From a virus: a stretch of DNA of 64,000 nucleotides. Shown piece after piece: positions 46,427-56,578 of the stretch. The notes under the pieces are model-generated. The model was given only the letters and a program-made list of their open reading frames with translations. It was not told the origin of the DNA and ran no database searches. The translations under genes were made by a program, and so were the position numbers. Every line of letters starts with the position of its first letter. The first letter of the stretch is position 1. The DNA is taken from positions 1-64,000 of IMG/VR virus record IMGVR_UViG_3300019886_000004; one strand, written 5' to 3'.

Positions 46427-49400
46427 TTCCAACTATATAAATACTCCTGGTAAAGGTTTAATAACAGATTTAGATGCTTATTTGGTATCAAAGGAGTTGT
46501 ATACCTATGCTAGGAATTCTAATTTAAACACACATCAAGGAAATTTAAGTTTTCTGACAAACGAAGTCAGTAATCAGCATTGTGTGGATTTACCTTACAT
46601 TTGTATAGGATTTGTTAAATTAATAGGATTTAGATGGGCATTATTTTTAACAGATAATACCAGTAGTGAAATTGGTATATTTAACAGTAGTGATTGTTCA
46701 TATACAAAAATAGTAAATGATAAATGTCTTAATTTCAACACTTCTCATTTAGTAAAAGCATCTTCTAAAGAGAACTTTGATTGTTCTGAAAGTCTTTATT
46801 GGACAGATGGTAATAATCCAAGAAGAACTCTCAATTTATCAAAAATACCTTATCTTTTTATATTAGCTGATGATGTATGTCAAACAAAACAATTTACTAA
46901 AAATTTAGATTGTAATAAAATATTGATGACACCTCAACTAACTATTCCAGTTATAGATGTTACTTTAGGAGGTGGTGGAGAATTATCCAATGGTGCTTAT
47001 CAATTTGCAGTGGCTTATTCTATAAATAAGCAAAGAGTATCAGATTATTATTCAATAACTACACCACAGGATATTTGGTCTCATTTTAATTTAGGTCAGG
47101 CCTTAAATATAAATATAACTAATTTAGATAGAGATTTTGATGAATATGAATTGGTTGTTATATACACGCAGAAGCAAACTACAACTGCTAAATCAGTTGG
47201 ATTTTTTTCTACATCAACTAGTTTTCATCAAATAGATAATATAAATCGTCCAGAATATTTAACTCTTCCTTTCGAAGATATTTTAACTTTAAGACCAAAA
47301 TATTTCTTAGCTGATGATGTAGTAAATAATGATCAATTTCTTTTATGGTCGGGAGTAACTACTCGCCCAGAATTAAATTATCAATTACAGGCTATGAATA
47401 TAGTTCCTAAATGGGTTCTATATCAAGTATCACCGGATTACTATGTCAATGGTGGAAATAATGTAGGATATTGTAGAAGAGAGAGATATGGATTTGGTAT
47501 TCAATGGTTATTTAATACGGGACAATGGTCTAGTGCTTTTCATATACCTGGCAGAAAATCCGAAACAAAGGATTTAACTCAAGCTGTAGGATCAGATGTA
47601 TATGAAGTAATAACACCTAATAATCCTAATCTTCCAAAGTACTTTCAAGTATATGACACGTCTAAAAAAGGCATTGTAGTAGGATCTAAATCAACTATAC
47701 CAGGACCAATATTAGAAGGTGAAATGGGATACTGGGAAAGTACAGAAACATATCCGGATAATGTAATTCAATTTGGAACAGATGCCTGTACACCAATTAG
47801 ACATCCACAATTTCCAGGTGAATGTAATGCACCAAGATATCAAAAAGGAGGAGGATTTATAAATCTCTTAGGAGTAAAGTTCGAAAATATAGAACATCCT
47901 AAAGATGATAAAGGAAATTATATAAAAGATATAGTTGGATATAGAGTGGTAAGAAGTAGTAGAGATGGTAATAGATCAGTTATTGCAAAAGGTATGTTCT
48001 CTAACGTTAGAGGATATAAAGAACCGGTGGATCAAGGTGGAGATAATCAAGAAGTATTATATCCAAATTATCCTTATAATGATTTAACAAATGATACTTT
48101 TATATCATCTAAACAAACTAATTATTCGGGTGGAGAAAGAAACTTTACTCCTCTTACTGAAGTAAAAACAGATCAGTTTAATTTTCATTCTCCTCATACT
48201 CTATTTAATAATGTAGCTTTAGGGGAAGAAGTAATATTTGAGACAGAAGAAATAGGTAATGTAAGTGGATCGTTTCAAACTGTTTATAATCATCCTAGAG
48301 ATAAGGTATTAAGTAATTCAGTATTTTGGTTAGCAACAGCAGTTGGTGCTATAGATGGAGTTTTATCTGTGTTTGGTAAAAGATGTGTAACCGGTATAAA
48401 AGACGGTATAGTAAATATATTATCTGTAACACCTACACCAGCTGATATTACAATAACTGCTATTGGTATGCAGTTTTTACAGCAATGTGAAGGACTTGTA
48501 AATGGACTTAGTTTTACTCAAATACTTCAATTACCAGCTATAGAAGCCATCGCAAAAGCAGCATTAAAGATTTTACAAACAGCAGCTGCAGCAGGGATGG
48601 GAGTTTATTTTGCATTTAATACTGCTAATCAAATAATAAGAGATTTACAATCTTTTATGACTTATCAGAAATATGCTATTCAATATAATAGTCATGGTAT
48701 ATTTAATAATTATGCTTGTGCTCCAATAGATAATACAAGAAGAAAATTAAATTATTATCAATATTTATATGATGGAATCAATACAGTTAATAATGTTAAG
48801 TTTAATAACTTCAAAAGAGAGTCTTCTGTATACTTACAACTTAGTGATGTAATAGCTCCTCCCACGCATAATGATAATACAAGAAAGAATATAATGGATG
48901 CTGGTAAATGTAATGCTCCATTTAGCTCTTTTAATACTATAGCTAGTCTTTATTACGGAATGATAAAAAATAAGATTAGTGATCAGTATGGTCAAATAGA
49001 TTCTATCGTTTATCAAGATACTGGTTATACTAATTTAAATCTTGTTAGCTCCGAAGCAATAGGTAGCACTGATCTTTTTTATATGACCGATACTGTTTTT
49101 GGAGGTGATACGTATATAAATAGATTTGCATTTAATAAACATCATCAGTTTTTCAGACAAAATATAGCAAACAGTAATTTTCCAGATGGTACTGAGTTTG
49201 ATTATAGCCAATATAGAAATGTAGGTTTTCCTAGGTTTTGGTTAAATAGTGAGAGATATGATATGTCCGAAGTTATTGTAGTAGGTAAAAGTCCTAGTAA
49301 ATTACCTAATAATAAATATAACTTAGATTGTACTGTTTCTCCAGGTGGATTACAAATACTTAATCTTAAAAATGTAGGGGGTTATTTTCATCTTTATAAT

Positions 49401-51029
49401 AGTGGTATAGTAGATTTCTTTGTAGAATCTGATTATAATTTAGACTACAGAGATTATACAGGACAATTTCAAAACTTCTATTCTAGGACTCAGACTAGTT
49501 TAAGTGATATATTTAGAAGTGATAGAATAGATACACCTGAACAATTCATATATGATAAATCTTTATCTAAACAATTGATTGAAAATTCTATATTACAACA
49601 AAGGATAGATTATGATCCATTAATAGATGAGACTTGTTTTTCTAAATATAAAAATAGAGTAGCTTATTCATTACCAGCATCACTAGATTTAAAGAGTGAT
49701 AACTGGTTAGTTTACTTAACAAATAATTATTATGATTTTCCTTTGTCCGACTTTGGTGCTATCACAGGTATGCATGCTGTTGACAACCAACAAATATTAT
49801 TTACATTCGATAAATCCGCTCCCTACATAACAATAGGTAGAGATGAATTACAAACGACTTCTGGTCTAAAAGTAGTTATAGGAGATGCTGGATTATTTGC
49901 AAGAGAACCTCGTCCTCTTTTATATACTGATTACTGGTATGGTAATTCACAATCTAGGTGGGCTTTTGTGAATACTCAATTTGGATCATTATATACCTCT
50001 CAGAGACAAGGTAGAATATTCAATTGGAAAGGACAAATAGAAGAGATAAGTAGAAAAGGTATGCATTGGTGGTTTAAGAATTATTTACCAAGTAACCTTT
50101 TAAGACAATTTCCAGACTTTAAAGATTCAGATAATCCTGTAGTTGGAGTAGGTTTAACTAGTGGTTGGGATAATACAGATGAAAAATATTATTTATCTAA
50201 AAGGGATTACATACTCAAAGACACATATGTTGGTACCCTTTTATATGATTCTGTAAAGAATGAATTAACTTATGGAGGTAATAAAGTAAAACTAGGAGAT
50301 CCTATCTATTTTGATGATGCTTCTTGGACAATATCATATAGTCCAAAAGATGAAATGTTTGTAAGCTGGCATGATTGGCAACCTGATTGGATCATACAAG
50401 GAGAAAAACATTTTTTTACTATTAAGTTCAACCAGATTTGGACACATAATAATAGATGCGATTCTTATTGTAATTTCTATAATCAGGACTATCCATGGGA
50501 GATTGAGTACTTAGTTAATAATGGCGGACAAGTTGAAGTATTAAGAAACATAGAATACATACTTGAATCTGGTATTTATTATGATAACTGCAGGTATTTT
50601 CATCAGATTCTAGATGATAACTTTGATACCTTAGTAGTTCATAACCTAGAGCAATCTAGTGGCTATTTAGGTCTTAAATTACGTAAGAGAAACAATATAA
50701 GTGATATATTAAACTATCCTAACTTAACACCAGAAGGTTGGTTAGTATCTTATTCTAAAACCGAACAAAAAACTAGAATAGATCAGTTCTTTGATTTAAC
50801 TAAAGATAGAGGAGAATATACTAAGAATAATTATCCACTTTGGACTGTAGCTCCTAATGGATATATTAGGACCGTCACAGATGCTGCAATTAATCAAGGT
50901 AAAAATATCTTTGAACGTAAACGCTTTAGAAACACTTGGCACAAAATATTATTGTCTAAATCTATTTCATCCAATAAAAAGTACATCCTTAAATTAGCTA
51001 ATTCTAATCAAACAATAAGTCCACGATAA
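46413..51029 (+). CDS. tail stabilisation/muzzle protein
   Basis: 1538 aa; LYWTDGNNPRRTLN, GAYQFAVAY, GGDTYINRF, SWTISYS, W.SWHDW.P. Confidence 0.8.
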   Translation: MENLNSNYINTPGKGLITDLDAYLVSKELYTYARNSNLNTHQGNLSFLTNEVSNQHCVDLPYICIGFVKLIGFRWALFLTDNTSSEIGIFNSSDCSYTKIVNDKCLNFNTSHLVKASSKENFDCSESLYWTDGNNPRRTLNLSKIPYLFILADDVCQTKQFTKNLDCNKILMTPQLTIPVIDVTLGGGGELSNGAYQFAVAYSINKQRVSDYYSITTPQDIWSHFNLGQALNINITNLDRDFDEYELVVIYTQKQTTTAKSVGFFSTSTSFHQIDNINRPEYLTLPFEDILTLRPKYFLADDVVNNDQFLLWSGVTTRPELNYQLQAMNIVPKWVLYQVSPDYYVNGGNNVGYCRRERYGFGIQWLFNTGQWSSAFHIPGRKSETKDLTQAVGSDVYEVITPNNPNLPKYFQVYDTSKKGIVVGSKSTIPGPILEGEMGYWESTETYPDNVIQFGTDACTPIRHPQFPGECNAPRYQKGGGFINLLGVKFENIEHPKDDKGNYIKDIVGYRVVRSSRDGNRSVIAKGMFSNVRGYKEPVDQGGDNQEVLYPNYPYNDLTNDTFISSKQTNYSGGERNFTPLTEVKTDQFNFHSPHTLFNNVALGEEVIFETEEIGNVSGSFQTVYNHPRDKVLSNSVFWLATAVGAIDGVLSVFGKRCVTGIKDGIVNILSVTPTPADITITAIGMQFLQQCEGLVNGLSFTQILQLPAIEAIAKAALKILQTAAAAGMGVYFAFNTANQIIRDLQSFMTYQKYAIQYNSHGIFNNYACAPIDNTRRKLNYYQYLYDGINTVNNVKFNNFKRESSVYLQLSDVIAPPTHNDNTRKNIMDAGKCNAPFSSFNTIASLYYGMIKNKISDQYGQIDSIVYQDTGYTNLNLVSSEAIGSTDLFYMTDTVFGGDTYINRFAFNKHHQFFRQNIANSNFPDGTEFDYSQYRNVGFPRFWLNSERYDMSEVIVVGKSPSKLPNNKYNLDCTVSPGGLQILNLKNVGGYFHLYNSGIVDFFVESDYNLDYRDYTGQFQNFYSRTQTSLSDIFRSDRIDTPEQFIYDKSLSKQLIENSILQQRIDYDPLIDETCFSKYKNRVAYSLPASLDLKSDNWLVYLTNNYYDFPLSDFGAITGMHAVDNQQILFTFDKSAPYITIGRDELQTTSGLKVVIGDAGLFAREPRPLLYTDYWYGNSQSRWAFVNTQFGSLYTSQRQGRIFNWKGQIEEISRKGMHWWFKNYLPSNLLRQFPDFKDSDNPVVGVGLTSGWDNTDEKYYLSKRDYILKDTYVGTLLYDSVKNELTYGGNKVKLGDPIYFDDASWTISYSPKDEMFVSWHDWQPDWIIQGEKHFFTIKFNQIWTHNNRCDSYCNFYNQDYPWEIEYLVNNGGQVEVLRNIEYILESGIYYDNCRYFHQILDDNFDTLVVHNLEQSSGYLGLKLRKRNNISDILNYPNLTPEGWLVSYSKTEQKTRIDQFFDLTKDRGEYTKNNYPLWTVAPNGYIRTVTDAAINQGKNIFERKRFRNTWHKILLSKSISSNKKYILKLANSNQTISPR

Positions 51030-53101
51030 TGGCAGATAATATATTTTCGATCCCTGGTTATAACCCTTTGAGATTTAATCCTCAGATGCCACTTGCTCAA
51101 ACAAAGGATAATCCTAATGTACAAGGACCTCAATTTATTAATCCTTACGAGAAACAGAATCAAGGAGTATCTCCTTATACTATGCATCCTAGTTGGCAGT
51201 TTGGTTTAAATTATAATCAAATAGCGTTCTCTAGTGCTGTACAAGGTATTGGAGCTTTTTTACGTAGTAATAACCAAAGAAAAGACTTTAATAGTTATAA
51301 CAGAGTACAACAAAGTCCTTTATCTCAGATACCAGAGAATCCTAATAATACTGATCAAGCTATGTATGGTATGAAACAATTCGCAGAAGGTGGACAATTT
51401 GATAACTTTGATGATTTTGATGAAGATGATTTTGAAGATCTAAAAGGAGAATTAGATAGATATTTTAACGATAAAGGTCAACCACAGCCCGAAGGCGCTA
51501 AAGAAGAGGATAAAGAAGAACCTAATGAACAAAAACAACCCGAACCCGAAGAACAAGATGATCAATCCTCTAACGAAGCCTTGAATTTTTTAAATCAACC
51601 ACAACAAGATAACCAAGACGATAGTCAAGTTAATCAATCAGATGAAGACATAATAGCACAGTTATCTGGACGTCAACCTATACCGCATCAAGAAGCTCCT
51701 CATCCTTCTGTATATTCAACTAAACCTACAGATGATGTAACAGCATTTAAGAAAGGTATAGCAGCTGTAGAGAACGCTAATTATAGTGAAGGTAACAAGA
51801 ATTCGAGTGCGTTTGGTAAATATCAGTTTACAGCACCCACCAGAGAATCAGTGAGAGAACAATTCTTCAAAGATATAAAGAAAGAAGACTTTGAAAGCGC
51901 ATATAAATCAGATCCTCAATTCCAAGAAAGAGTAATGGATGTTTATGGTAATCATCTTTTACAGAAGTATACTGATCCACATAAAGCTGCCACCGCTTTC
52001 TTTTTAGGTGAAGGTAAAGTGGGTATGTACAATCAACCTGATTACAATCCAGGTAATGGTAATGTATCAGTAGGTAAATACTTAAGTACATTTGATAAAG
52101 GATACAGTAAAAGACAGGGTGGTCATATAATGAATTCACCCGGATCAGTAACTACAGGTTTTGATAGACCATACAACTTTAAGATGGAAGATGGTGGCGA
52201 TCCTCAAGATCCTAAAAAACCAGTACAAACTAATAGACCTACAACTGCTGATAGTGTAGCTTTATATAACAATGCATTACAAGTTGCAAACTATTATAAA
52301 AATTCTGGATATACACAGGGTATATCAAAGTCACCAAGTTTAACTGACTGGAATGATCAAAATACTGAAGCTTATAATAAGTTTGTTGGTAGTAATTTTA
52401 AAGCCTTAACTGAAATTGGTTATAGAAACCTTAATCCTGAAGAATATAGAAAAAATATTGATAATAATGTTTACTATCAAAGGGAAATGGCAAATAAAGT
52501 ATTAGATATGAGGGTTCCTAGTTCTAGATTTGATAGGAGAATTGCACCACAATTTAGTTCTTCCTTAACCAAGCATACTGGTAGTGAGTTTGAGCGATCT
52601 AATGTGGTAGATACATATTCTTATGATCCTATAGCAGTCAAACCTTGGAACATGTTGACTCCTGATGAAAGACAACAAAGAGTAACCAAGTACGGTTATC
52701 CTATTACAAATCATGAAGAAATAACTAAAACAACTCAACCACAATATCAACCTCCAATAGCTAAAGGATCACAAATACAAGGACCACAAAAATTAGCTAC
52801 AGATAAGGTAAACATAGAAGCACCTACAGGAGGTACGGGACCATTAGCTGGTGGACCTACTAACTTCTCTTTTACAGGTAGAAATGATCAAGGTCAACAG
52901 GATACTAGATATTTCTCAGATTTAGATACATGGAAAGCAGCTACTGATCAAATGGGATATAGATGGAGAAATGAAACTAATAATGGTAAACAAGCTAATG
53001 CTTCCGGTTATCAGTTTAAACAAGGAGGAGAATATCATTTAACCAATCTACAAATTGCGCAATTGAAAAAACAAGGTTACGAAATAGAAATAATAAAATA
53101 A
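51029..53101 (+). CDS. internal cargo protein with lysozyme-like/lytic transglycosylase domain
   Basis: IAAVENANY...SSAFGKYQF...Q..VM; xxGG motifs. Confidence 0.7.
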   Translation: MADNIFSIPGYNPLRFNPQMPLAQTKDNPNVQGPQFINPYEKQNQGVSPYTMHPSWQFGLNYNQIAFSSAVQGIGAFLRSNNQRKDFNSYNRVQQSPLSQIPENPNNTDQAMYGMKQFAEGGQFDNFDDFDEDDFEDLKGELDRYFNDKGQPQPEGAKEEDKEEPNEQKQPEPEEQDDQSSNEALNFLNQPQQDNQDDSQVNQSDEDIIAQLSGRQPIPHQEAPHPSVYSTKPTDDVTAFKKGIAAVENANYSEGNKNSSAFGKYQFTAPTRESVREQFFKDIKKEDFESAYKSDPQFQERVMDVYGNHLLQKYTDPHKAATAFFLGEGKVGMYNQPDYNPGNGNVSVGKYLSTFDKGYSKRQGGHIMNSPGSVTTGFDRPYNFKMEDGGDPQDPKKPVQTNRPTTADSVALYNNALQVANYYKNSGYTQGISKSPSLTDWNDQNTEAYNKFVGSNFKALTEIGYRNLNPEEYRKNIDNNVYYQREMANKVLDMRVPSSRFDRRIAPQFSSSLTKHTGSEFERSNVVDTYSYDPIAVKPWNMLTPDERQQRVTKYGYPITNHEEITKTTQPQYQPPIAKGSQIQGPQKLATDKVNIEAPTGGTGPLAGGPTNFSFTGRNDQGQQDTRYFSDLDTWKAATDQMGYRWRNETNNGKQANASGYQFKQGGEYHLTNLQIAQLKKQGYEIEIIK

Positions 53102-55995
53102 TGCCAAAGGTAAGAATCAAACAAACTCCGAGACCTGGACAATTTATTCCACAAATGGATTCACTTGGTGAGGAAATTCGTGGCACAAGTAAAAAGTTTA
53201 AGAAAGGTGGTAAAACACGTACTAACTCTAATAGTGATCAAAGTTATCCTTTTCAGAGGGATCAAGGTTATATGTATGAAGATCAGGCTCGTGACATGGG
53301 TGGAGTGATTGAAAAAATGCACGTTCCAAACATGAATACTAATATGTATTTCAATGGTGGTCCAATAAATGGAGTATTAAGATACGATCAAAATAGTTAT
53401 AATGATGGTGGATTATATGATCAAAACTTAATTGGAAATATAACCAATCCAGAACATTATACTAATAGTGATTATAATCAATATAAGAAAGGTGGATGGT
53501 TAAAAGGTGCAGTAAATCCAGCGCATAAAGGTTATTGCACACCTATGAGTAAATCTACTTGTACAGGACATCGTAGAGCATTTGCATTAACCATGAAGAA
53601 ACATCATGGTTTTCATAAGAAAGAAGATGGTGGTAATATAGATGATGGTCCTGGTAAACAACCTAAACAACCATCTGTACCAACACCTAGATCAGCTAGT
53701 AATCCTTATGGACCGCGATATCTATTTACTGGAATAACTTCTCCACATAGCCAAGATGATAGTCTTTATTACTCAAAAGTTTATTCCACAACTTTAAAGA
53801 GAGATCCTAACTATAAAAATTTTATTACAGATCAATTAAATGTATTAAATAATGATAAAAGTAGTAATTTAGATAGACAAGATGCTTTACGTTTATCTAA
53901 AATTGCAAATAATGCTATGATAGATGGACTTAGTACTCTAAGTAGTCATAAAGGAGGAGGAATAATACATTCTTTTAAACAAGGTGGTAAATATATAGGT
54001 GCTGGTCCCAACACAGATCTGAACCCAACTACAAATCATTCTATAGCTGATTACAACCCCTATGTTTACTTTAAAAACAAAAACTGGTACATAACATCCA
54101 ATCCAGAAGATGATAAGATTACAGAGTCTGTAAAGCCAATAGATAGAGAAGATGCAAATATAGAAGCAGAGAAAGGTGAGTATATGGTAAAACCTGGACT
54201 TACTGGTCTTTACAAAGTTACAGGTAAAACACATGCAGAAGGCGGAACTCCTTTATATGCAGAAGGCGGATCTTTTATATTTAGTAATGATCCTAAACTA
54301 TCTATAAATAAGAATGAAAGAGAAAGTTTTGGATTTAAAGGTGGTAGTTCTTCTTCTAAATCTAAGAATACTCCAGCTATGGTATTAGGTAGAGAGGTCA
54401 ATCCTAAAGAATATAATGGTTATTTAGCAACTTTAGAAAATCCAGATACAGATAGAATAGCTAAAACAACTGCTGGATTAATGTTAGAGAAGTTTCAACA
54501 GAAGCTTGGACAGATAGCCTATTTACAAGAGAATAAAAAAGGTACTAAGCCTCCAGATTTTTCTCAAGGTACAGCTCCGGTAACTCAACCTCAATTTCAA
54601 GATATTGATGAAAAAATGTCTGAATATAAACTTGGAGGTTATGCAGGCGGTGGAGATATTGATCCAAACACAGGTTTACCAATAGACTCAAGAGATCAAT
54701 ATCCTGGTGGCAGAACCACACTTGGTAGAATCACTCCTAAAGGATTATCCAATAACTTTAACTATCCAGGTGGTGTTCCAAGTCTTATTAAAGATTGGCA
54801 AGGAGCCGGTATTGATTTAACCAATATGGACTCTCGTGAAGCTCAAAATGCCATGTATGGGTGGGCACAAAAGAATAATCCACAGTTAATTAGGAATATG
54901 TGGAATCAGTATGGTAACACAGCGCGGGGTAAACAATACGGATTAAATTATGATTATGATAATTTAAATGATAAACAACTCGGAAGAGCAGGAGATGCTT
55001 ATGCTGATGGAATGCTTGGAGCTAGAACATTTGCTCCTATTCAAGGTCATACTCCTCCTGGACCTTATACTCCAGGATTAGCTAGACCAGATCAACCTAA
55101 TGTACAAGCACCACCTCCTGGTCAACCTGCACAACCAATTAATAATCAACCTTCTAATCCTACTTTACCCTATCAAATAAAAGGTAAGTTAACAGATAGT
55201 CAAATAGCTAATTTAGGTTATTTAGGACTCCAGTCTCTTAACATAAATAGATACATGCCTACTAGACAACAAGTATCTTTACCTCAAGTTAAATTAGATC
55301 AAATAAATGCGCAACCTTATGTTAATCAAGTAAATAATCAAGCACATGAAGCCTATCAGTTGGCAGCTCTTAATCCCAAAACTTCTTCTCTTATGGGTAG
55401 TAATATCCGTGGTACTGTAATTGATCAAGCTAATCAAGCCATTGGTAATGTTGCTAATCAAAATTCTCAAATTGGTAACCAACAAAATCTTACGAATCTT
55501 CAACAGATGACTCAACAAGTAATGGCTAATTCTCAATTTAATAATCAATATTATAACGAAGTTCAAGCAACTAATCAAAATTTTGATAATGAGCGTAGAT
55601 TTGCAAGCAATCAGTTTGTTTCAAATCTTAATAATTATCAGTCACAAGCTGATAAATTAGCTTGGCAAATGGCTTCAGTAAATAGATATGGAACTAGAAC
55701 CGTAACTGATCCTAAAACTGGTAAACAATATAATCTACCAACTCCTCTTTATGAAACTAATAAAAATGGTATTCAGTATAATGGTGACGTTGCTAATATT
55801 AATATGGCTTCAGGTGCTAATAGAATTAATACCCCGCAAGAAATAGCAAATATATATAAGCAATTCAAAGATTCCGGAATGCCAGATGTAGAAGCACAAA
55901 GAATTGTAAGTGCTATAATAAGATCAAGAACAACTAAAGGTACTGAAAATCAAGGTCCTTTCTTTATGCAAAATCCGTATGGAATGGGACAATAA
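53101..55995 (+). CDS. internal cargo protein, modular, many xxGG motifs
   Basis: NIEAEKGE...GKTHAEGG...FIFS; Q/N-rich C-terminus. Confidence 0.7.
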   Translation: MPKVRIKQTPRPGQFIPQMDSLGEEIRGTSKKFKKGGKTRTNSNSDQSYPFQRDQGYMYEDQARDMGGVIEKMHVPNMNTNMYFNGGPINGVLRYDQNSYNDGGLYDQNLIGNITNPEHYTNSDYNQYKKGGWLKGAVNPAHKGYCTPMSKSTCTGHRRAFALTMKKHHGFHKKEDGGNIDDGPGKQPKQPSVPTPRSASNPYGPRYLFTGITSPHSQDDSLYYSKVYSTTLKRDPNYKNFITDQLNVLNNDKSSNLDRQDALRLSKIANNAMIDGLSTLSSHKGGGIIHSFKQGGKYIGAGPNTDLNPTTNHSIADYNPYVYFKNKNWYITSNPEDDKITESVKPIDREDANIEAEKGEYMVKPGLTGLYKVTGKTHAEGGTPLYAEGGSFIFSNDPKLSINKNERESFGFKGGSSSSKSKNTPAMVLGREVNPKEYNGYLATLENPDTDRIAKTTAGLMLEKFQQKLGQIAYLQENKKGTKPPDFSQGTAPVTQPQFQDIDEKMSEYKLGGYAGGGDIDPNTGLPIDSRDQYPGGRTTLGRITPKGLSNNFNYPGGVPSLIKDWQGAGIDLTNMDSREAQNAMYGWAQKNNPQLIRNMWNQYGNTARGKQYGLNYDYDNLNDKQLGRAGDAYADGMLGARTFAPIQGHTPPGPYTPGLARPDQPNVQAPPPGQPAQPINNQPSNPTLPYQIKGKLTDSQIANLGYLGLQSLNINRYMPTRQQVSLPQVKLDQINAQPYVNQVNNQAHEAYQLAALNPKTSSLMGSNIRGTVIDQANQAIGNVANQNSQIGNQQNLTNLQQMTQQVMANSQFNNQYYNEVQATNQNFDNERRFASNQFVSNLNNYQSQADKLAWQMASVNRYGTRTVTDPKTGKQYNLPTPLYETNKNGIQYNGDVANINMASGANRINTPQEIANIYKQFKDSGMPDVEAQRIVSAIIRSRTTKGTENQGPFFMQNPYGMGQ

Positions 55996-56011
55996 TTAAT
56001 GTAAAAAATTA

Positions 56012-56044
56012 TTTGTTTAATTGATATAAATATTGTATATTATA
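56012..56044 (+). promoter_or_regulatory. variant promoter
   Basis: TTTG-N20-TATATTATA. Confidence 0.6.
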
Positions 56045-56074
56045 ATATAGGTTTAATATAAACTTAATAGATTA

Positions 56075-56578
56075 ATGGAAAATAATAAAGTTATAGATCT
56101 TTTAAAGCAACTTCAAAAAAAGCAAATGACTTCTGAAGAAAAGGAGAAATGGCCTAAAGAAGCTGCTCTATATGTCTATAGACCTGAGACACAATATAAA
56201 TGTGAAGAATGCGTATTCGCTAAAGTTAAATCAACTAAGTGCGCACTCTATGGACCCCTAGAAGATATTAAACCTGAAGGTAGTTGTGGTCTTTGGATTC
56301 ATATGGATCCAGAATCTGAACTTTCAGATAAGATACCTTATTTGAGTCTTGTCACAAAATTAGAAACAGGTTATACCGAATCAAAAAATGGCTTTAGTTG
56401 TAAAAGATGTGAGTATTTTTTACCAGGTAAACAGGATTGCAAAAAGGTAAGGAAAGATTCACCTGGTGACACATTTGGTATAATTTCAGGAGATGCTTGT
56501 TGCAATCGTTGGGAGAAAGATAAAGTTAGAGGAGATATGACAGATAAGCAATTACAAAAATTTTTAGAAAATAAATAA
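56075..56578 (+). CDS. tandem HiPIP-like Cys4 metalloprotein
   Basis: two Y...CxxC.(F/Y)...C...CxxW repeats. Confidence 0.6.
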   Translation: MENNKVIDLLKQLQKKQMTSEEKEKWPKEAALYVYRPETQYKCEECVFAKVKSTKCALYGPLEDIKPEGSCGLWIHMDPESELSDKIPYLSLVTKLETGYTESKNGFSCKRCEYFLPGKQDCKKVRKDSPGDTFGIISGDACCNRWEKDKVRGDMTDKQLQKFLENK

